A stretch of 56,491 bases of DNA from Trichosphaerium sp. ATCC 40318. Lineage: Eukaryota > Protista > Tubulinea. The stretch's first letter is position 1. Each line of letters starts with the position of its first letter. The position numbers and the translations under genes were made by a program. Under the pieces are notes generated by a model that ran no database searches, was not told where the DNA came from, and worked only from the letters and a program-made list of their open reading frames with translations. The stretch spans positions 1 through 56,491 of the forward strand of contig JALMLS010000003.1 in assembly GCA_038496445.1 (NCBI GenBank). Reading direction: 5' to 3'. Below, piece by piece: positions 49,195 to 56,491 of this stretch.

Positions 49195-52100
49195 CTAAGA
49201 GTTTAACAAAATATCAGGCATATCAGCATCTGATAAGAAATCATCATCATCCATGTTATGTAATGCTGTGTAATCAATTGCATTTGAACGTTTGTGACGT
49301 TTGCTAAAAAAAAATTAGTTCATCACACTTGAAGGATTAAAGTGGTCTTATCGAAGAGGTACTTACAATAAATATAGTATAATTATTATCAAGAAGATTA
49401 AAAATATGATTGTCACCAAGGGTATACCAACAACGAGCCTTAAAAGGGGGATTAGTTTCATCTATTTCAAAGAAAAAAAACTGATTTGTTGTGAGTAAAG
49501 ATTGAACAAGGTTCTACACGAAATATGAAAAACGTGTACCCAATATCCAGTTTATGAGGCTCACTATGACTAGCAGTTGGTCCTGTGACGTTTGAAGAAA
49601 CTGGTGGGTCTGATATTGGAGAAACATGCCCAGTGGTTGGAGGTTCAGTTGTTATAGTAGTTGGAGGTACTGTTGTTGGCTGTGTACTTGGTGTTAACGT
49701 AGTTGGCGGATCAGACGGAGAGATAGTAGGTGATATTGTAGTTGGTGTTGCAGTAGGAGATACAGTTGAAGGTTGTATTGTAGGTGAAAGTGTAGTTGGT
49801 GCTGAAGTCGGAACCGCAGGGTGTATTGTAGGTGAAAGTGTACTAGATGGTGTTGTGGGCGTCATTGTAGGTTCTGGTGGCACATCTGTAATATGCAATG
49901 TTGTTATTGCGTGAAGTAGGTCAATTCCATTAGCTAGTATTTGTGTTAGCATTCAGCTCGCTGAGAGGAACAATAAAAAGTACTTTTGATAGATTCTGTT
50001 GGTTCAGAAAATTGTAGTTCAAGAGCAGTCACTTCTGAGACGTTTGCATAAGGCCATATCATTTGATTCAGTGTTATATTTATAGGCAATGGCTTATTTG
50101 TTGGTTGATATAATCGTATGATATGTCCTTTTAGCCTATTCGCAGATTTGGCGGTTGTAACAATACAGTTTGGATTTGATGTCTGTAAAAAACAAGTTAC
50201 ACATTTACAGCTTTTTCTTGTTTTATGTACCGCTACTAGACTGAATTCAAGTGGTAGAGTTTTCGGGTTTGGTGTAATATTAGATGGCATCACACCAATT
50301 AACGGAGTGTTAAAAGCAAGAGACTCTTTCAATGCAGTAGTGAATCCTTGAGGTAGCAACCAGTTTAATGAAAAAATTGCTTCCAAAAACTGTTACCTTC
50401 TTCTTGTAGTCCGCTTGGAATGCGTAAAGCATATCTTAGCACATGAAATCTGTTATCCTCTCCTATAGCTCCCTAAAACTTATAAGACCAAATACTTTAT
50501 TCACTAAAACGCACATATTCTCCACAGCGACTTGAAGGGTTTCTCATTAAATTCCTATTTCTTCTTTAATACGAAAAAAAGAAGAAATTGTTACCCATAT
50601 AATTTTCCATCAGGAGGATTTATGCCCCATGAAGGTATACCATCATGGTAGACTGCTCCCAATATACTACCAACACTATCTTTGACAATAACAAAGTTAT
50701 GTGTGGCGTGCATCACAGCTCTAAATGCATGTGTTTGTTGCAGATTGTATTCCCAAGCTGTTTTTGTATCCCAGTGATATGGTGTTCCATGAACCTTTGA
50801 AATACTTTAGGGGAGGTTATGAATTAAACAATGTGTACCATTTCTGTTGATTTATTCGAAAAAGAAAAAGAAACAAATGTACTAGAACCTTGAGGACAAC
50901 CTCCTTCAACTTCGATTCTAACCATTTTTTCACCTATTGCGCAATCAAATTAAGGTTAACGTTGTTGATTACCTGCAACGAGAGAGTACGTTACTCTATA
51001 ATTAGACAACGGGCCTTGCTCTGGAATTTCTTGTACAACCTAAAGGGATAACTTTAGATATTTACTATTGTTTGTTTCTTTGTACGTCAGCTCGTAATAC
51101 AACTCTCAATGGACCGTTTTCAAGTAACTTAATGTCTCTTACTGTTGATGTATAAGTCTGGAGGTTAAATGGTCCTCCACATTCGTAACCATAGACATAA
51201 ATACCGCCCCCTAAGAAGGACAACACTTTAGTTCTGAAATTAAAAAAATCGTACCATCTTCAAACATTTCAAAGTTGTTACTTTGTGAATCTAATACTTC
51301 ACGTGATATTATTTTATCCATCAGTGATGTTATAGTAAACCCATTATCTCTATAAACGTTTCATCGGTTAATATATTTCAAACACATCAACTGTGCATAC
51401 GTGTCAATAGTAGCTCTCAGAAAGCTATTTTCTAGAAAATACAGTGATCCGTTTGTACTTATAACGGCTGCTTGTGGCGGCTGTTTATTTGGATCATGTA
51501 CCGTCCATCCAATACTTGGTACTTCTTCAACATAATATAACGTACCTCCAGTAGCTGAAGGTTGTGTAACATTCAATTGATCAGCTTGATAAATTTTAAC
51601 TCAGTGGAAAAACGTTTTCATCACGTACCTGAAACTTTAGCCGTAGGTATGTCCACTACACCTCCAACTTTGAAACCATTTTGGTTGAAAACCTAAATGT
51701 TGTTATCAGCTAACAGAATATATATAGAAACTAAAAATGACGTGTCTAATACGATTGACTTACTATGACATTCGAACTATTAATACTTTGGACTAAAACG
51801 TTAAGAGTAGCTTCAGTATGTAAGCTAGCATCCTCATAGTTTTTAGACGATACTTTTATTTGTTCACCGTCGTATACGTAATCATTGGCAGTTCCCGTAA
51901 TCCCTGAGAATGGAGAATAAATGTTCATGGCCAAAGTTTAAACTCAAAAGTTTTGTTGATTTGAAGATGAAATAAATGGTGGTCTCGTACAATCGTGGTG
52001 AGTACTGGGTACCAAATCATTCCACAGCATATTAGTAGTATTTGAAGAACATGAATCCAACAGTTGACAAGCAACTATACCAAACATTTCAGATGCAATC

Positions 52101-54112
52101 AACAATTTAGTTGTTTTATAATGATACTTCTTAAGTTCCATTCGGGAAGCGTAGAACCCCATCCTATACATATTAGTAAGTATTCTTTATAACAGATAAA
52201 TTTACCAATAAGGGGTAGCCTCAAACACTGAATCAGGGGTTTTACCATGCTGACTACGAGTTTTAATAGTGCCTCCTATTTGTTCACAAGTCAGAAATTA
52301 ACACTTTATTGGGGAGAGTCTTTACGGTTACCTGTGGCTTTTTCGTTGGCAAAAACGCTATCAACGTAATGATCAAAAGATCCAGAAGCCACAAACGATA
52401 GATTATTAGCTTTGTTCCAATCTGCAATTATCTAATATGGTAGTTTTATTGTCGGTATTTATTTAAGTTCGTACCTCAGTGAGAGTATCTTTTGGCAATA
52501 AAAAGTCGTTAGAAGTATGCACGTAGCTTACTTCGTTCGGTACTCCTGTGGGGACCATATCATAAGCTTCTTTTTAGTCAAAGAAATACATGTACCTGAA
52601 ACAGGCATATTTGTATTCAAGTAATTTGTAATTCTGTCATTGGTTGACGTGATGTAATCTGATTCTGTACACGTGGCCATTTCATTGACGTCTCTTGGAG
52701 CCCCTCCTACAATATCAATTAATATTTGCACAAATAAACTAAATATACCTGGTACAGCATTAATACTCCATCCTTGGCTGTAATGGTATTGTAAAAAATG
52801 AGTCAATGTTTTAGAACCTTCAGCCAAAAAAAAAGCGTCAGAAAACAATCTCTTTTGATCCCTAGTTGACGATTACCATCTGCAGATTCCCACCAAAAGG
52901 TTGTTCCTCCGGTTTCAGTATTTAATAATCTTGCATATGTACTTACACCATCGGATTGAACAGTCTTTTTACCTAAGAAAAAGAGGTTTTTACAGATTTA
53001 TATTAGTAATAATTACCTTGTAGACATGATCCTCCGGCCCTAGAGAATCCCATGCCTTTGATATCCTAAGTATTGTATTAAATAAACGTTGTTTCAATTG
53101 AATACCATTGCTCTCATAACAACAGGCAGCTGACTAGAAAGGCCAAAATCATCTGGTAACCAAATCTGTCAAAACAAAACAACTTTAGCACATACTACAC
53201 TGAAATTGTTTGTGTACATTCTTTTCCCATGGTATATTTTCCGAATACAAGTAGTTTTCACCAAGCAAGTAATTACGTATCAATGTTTCTCCATGAGGCA
53301 ACAGAGTATCTACCAAAAAAAAATATCAACACAACGACTTCTATCTATAAACAGGCTAGCGAACTTATGTACCTGGTGACACTATACCTCCACCAACAAT
53401 GTGAAGCCTTCCTGATTGTTTTAAAGACTCTAGTAATTCAGGAGATATCTCAGCCCAAGAGCGAAGGAATCCAATTTCAGCTATGTTATAATGATATCCT
53501 TCATGCTCTTTTATCAATGTTGCTGCTTTTCCAAAAATATCAACAACAGGTCTTGGGCTATTATACGGCTCAGGGTGATTGGCTAAAAAAAACCGTCATT
53601 TACTTCCAAAACGAAATCACGTGACAGTTTTTTTTCTCCTTTCGTGACATGTATTTTTTTTGAAAAAGAACGCTAGTACTGCAAGTATGACTGAAGGTAC
53701 TTACCAGTTTGGAAGTAATGGAAGGGAGGATCCGGATCATGTCCTGTGAGGAGCGTTTCAAAGTAAAGGAGCCAATTATAATCTAAATGAGCGGCCATAC
53801 CAAATATACCGACCTGAGGCGCATTTTAGCGTTTAGTGACGCTAAGTAGAACACATATTTAATACACGCACCTTTTGCGCTTCCTCTGGTACTTTAAGGT
53901 CATTTCTTACGTTCTGGGGGAGGTTTAAACCAGAGACAATTGAAATTAGAATAAAATATGTTAAAAGTAACTTTAACAGCATTTCTGAGCGTATGTACAG
54001 TCGCTTAGCTTGTCAATTGTTCATAAAAAAAAGTTCTACGACATTTTCACACAACTTTAACCTGACTTAACAGAACCAAGGTGAACAGACAAAAGAGAAG
54101 CATAAATAGCAT
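49195..54112 (-). CDS. GH38 alpha-mannosidase with Ser/Thr/Pro stalk and C-terminal TM + cytosolic tail
   Basis: AHLDYNWL, WLPDDFGLSSQLP (nucleophile region), MGFYASR, HHD/ITGTA. Signal peptide at 54112; TM near 49370-49440. Many introns. Confidence 0.85.
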
Positions 54113-54231
54113 ACAAGCATTGTTTGAAGCCTTTCTCAAAAATATCAGTTTTTTTTTTCTAACAAATGCGCTACAGACTAGTCATTAGATGCACCACACT
54201 ATGACATAGCACTTTGAACTACTGTGTATGA

Positions 54232-56491
54232 ATTGGGAAGCTTGATCGTTTCTTACAGACTTGGAATAGTTCGTACGAATTCGCCAGTACAAAAAGCCTT
54301 TACGCATTTAAAAAGATCAGAGATATAAAAAGATATGAATTAAACAAAGGAAAATCATCAGAATTCGTTCGTTATATTGAGGACAACCTCAATGGAATCA
54401 AAACTCTTTTCTTCAATCAAAATTCCATCCTAGAAGTTTTCGCTAAGAAGTGGGCTGCAATCTTTTCCAGTAAGTACCCTCACCCTAGTTGCAAGCCAAA
54501 TAAATATCAACAGAAGATACCAGTACAGCTTATTCCTAAATCGTTCAAGCTAAATAATAAGAAATTTGATAATGAGATATTTCATAAATCAATAACAAAA
54601 ACAGAAATGCTAAACGCAATCCATAAGCTCAAAGCCTTCAAAGCACCAGGGAATACCAACTTAGGAATGGAGATATACAAAAACCTACCGTCAGAAATAG
54701 AAGATATGCTTATTACAATGTTCAATGACTGCAGAATATACAAAACAATACCAGAAATATGGAAGTCGAGTAACTTAATATTTCTCAAGAAAAAAGGTAA
54801 CCAACACGATCCCACAAATTACCGTCCAATAGCTTTGCTAAATTCTATGTATAAAATTTATTCTCAAATTCTAAATAACAGGTTGGCAACGTTTGTAGAA
54901 AATAACAAGATAATGAGCGAGTCTCAATATGGGTTTTACCAAGGACGTAACATCAACATGGCACAAAGAACTTACAGAAATATCATTGAAAATGCTGAAG
55001 CTAACAACAAAGACATCTTTATTATCTACATTGATTTTTCAAAAGCCTATGATTCAGTAGAATACTGGGCACTTGATCACGCATTAAAACATCAAGGTTT
55101 TGACAACGAAATTAGACAAATAATCCTAAGTCTATTTAAAGAAATCAAAGCTGACATATTATTACCAATGGGAAAGAAACCAATCAACATCCAGAAAGGA
55201 GTCAAACAAGGAGATGGTCTTAGCCCTTTACTTTTCACACTGTTTGCAAATGTATTAATAAAAGAGATTGAGTCTATGAATTGCGGTTATCACATACCCA
55301 ATACTAACATAAAGATACCCATCATAGCATATGCAGATGATATAAAGTTAATAGCAAACTCATACAAAGACTTGATAAAGATGTTCAATAAACTCCAAGA
55401 ATGGTGTAGATTTTACGGTATGAAAATTAATGAGAAAAAATCTGCATTTTCCTATGTGTGTAGATCTGACCCGTCAGCTCTCTTTCCCCCTCCCAAAGCA
55501 AACAATAAACATATATCATTCCTAAAACCAGAGGAGTCATATAAAGACTTAGGGATTTTAATTAACCTAAGACTAGATAATACAGATCAAACAACAGAAA
55601 TTAAAAGAAGACATGCCAATGGTCTATCTTTGATCCGTTTCAAAGGTTTCAACGCAACTCAAAAAACTACAATAATCAACCGTGTTATTAACCCAGGTAT
55701 ATCATTCGTAACTAACGCAATGTTCATTAACCCATCAGTCCTAAAAAAATGTGATAATAACGCTGCAGACCTTCTAAGATCAGATGCAAAAATACCTTGG
55801 AAACTTAAACCAGAGAGAATCTTTTTGAAACATACCGGTCTCGGCCTGGAACCATTAGTTGACTTACAAAATGCAGGTTTTATCAGCAATTTGATCTCTA
55901 ACGGCATGAATAGTACAAACAACTTAGCTAAACAAATCACAAATGCAAGCATACGCTTAGCCCATCAAAAATTCCACCCAAATCATATGATATGCCAAGC
56001 CACACAAATTTGTAAACAGCTAGGAATAAAAATCATACATAAATCTGATCGTTCAATTCATAGAACAGAACACACTAACAGAATGGATAAGCAGACTTTT
56101 GAATCAAACTGTAACAAAGTACAATCAAAATATGTTTTGGCTACCGACGGTTCAGTAACATCTAAAGGTGCATATTTCTCAGTTGTACTTAACATGATGA
56201 TGAAATTTAATCGTACAGTTTTATTTGAACAAACATCTACAAATGCAGAACTGGAAGCAATAGAACTTGCACTCAAATTAGCTCCCTTAGAAGTAGACAT
56301 CATGATACTAGTAGACTCCACATCAGCAATTAATGGCATCGAAAACTGGAAAGACAAACCTATAAATATACAAAGGAAAGTTGATCATGCTCATACACTA
56401 AATCGTATTCACCATCAGCTAAGTATGAGAACTGGTTCAACTACATTTGATGGATCCCAAGCCACAAAAACAGATAAACAGAAACGTAACA
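54232..56491 (+). mobile_element. Non-LTR retrotransposon (LINE) ORF: reverse transcriptase + RNase H, incomplete
   Basis: Intronless A-rich frame apparently open from 54232 to the window end: KAPG, NYRPIALL, QYGF, IDFSKAYDSV, GVKQGDGLSPLLF, AYADD (55330), then RNase H LATDGS (56146), AELEAI, VDS, WIPSH (shifted at ~56449). Confidence 0.92.

Noticed and set aside
54232-56491. RT as part of a diversity-generating retroelement diversifying the MORN repeats
   Set aside because: The RT is LINE-type with RNase H. I saw no template/variable repeat pair differing only at adenines.
1-56491. Stop-codon reassignment to explain the fragmented ORFs
   Set aside because: Fragmentation is explained by short GT-AG introns. 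TAA, TAG and TGA each terminate well-supported genes.

Overview
AT-rich eukaryotic (protist-like) nuclear DNA in the standard code. Genes are compact and split by many short GT-AG introns (mostly ~40-80 nt, CTAAY branch points), so most six-frame ORFs are exon fragments or shadows. Manual splicing gives about 19 protein genes, a tRNA-Pro(TGG) plus an inverted truncated copy, a gene-poor island of decayed fragments (~10.9-17.6 kb), and a non-LTR retrotransposon ORF (RT + RNase H) running off the right end. The most striking object is an intact multi-exon gene on the minus strand (21049-17631). It encodes ubiquitin (intact LRLRGG followed by Pro), a MIDAS-intact vWA domain, and a C-terminal Josephin-type deubiquitinase domain with apparent Cys/His/Asp triad. 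Other unusual architectures are KH-Sec7-CH, PX fused to a probably dead SDR, two F-box-like/MORN-repeat paralogues and a decayed F-box/LRR gene. All gene models and domain calls are by-eye; no searches were run.
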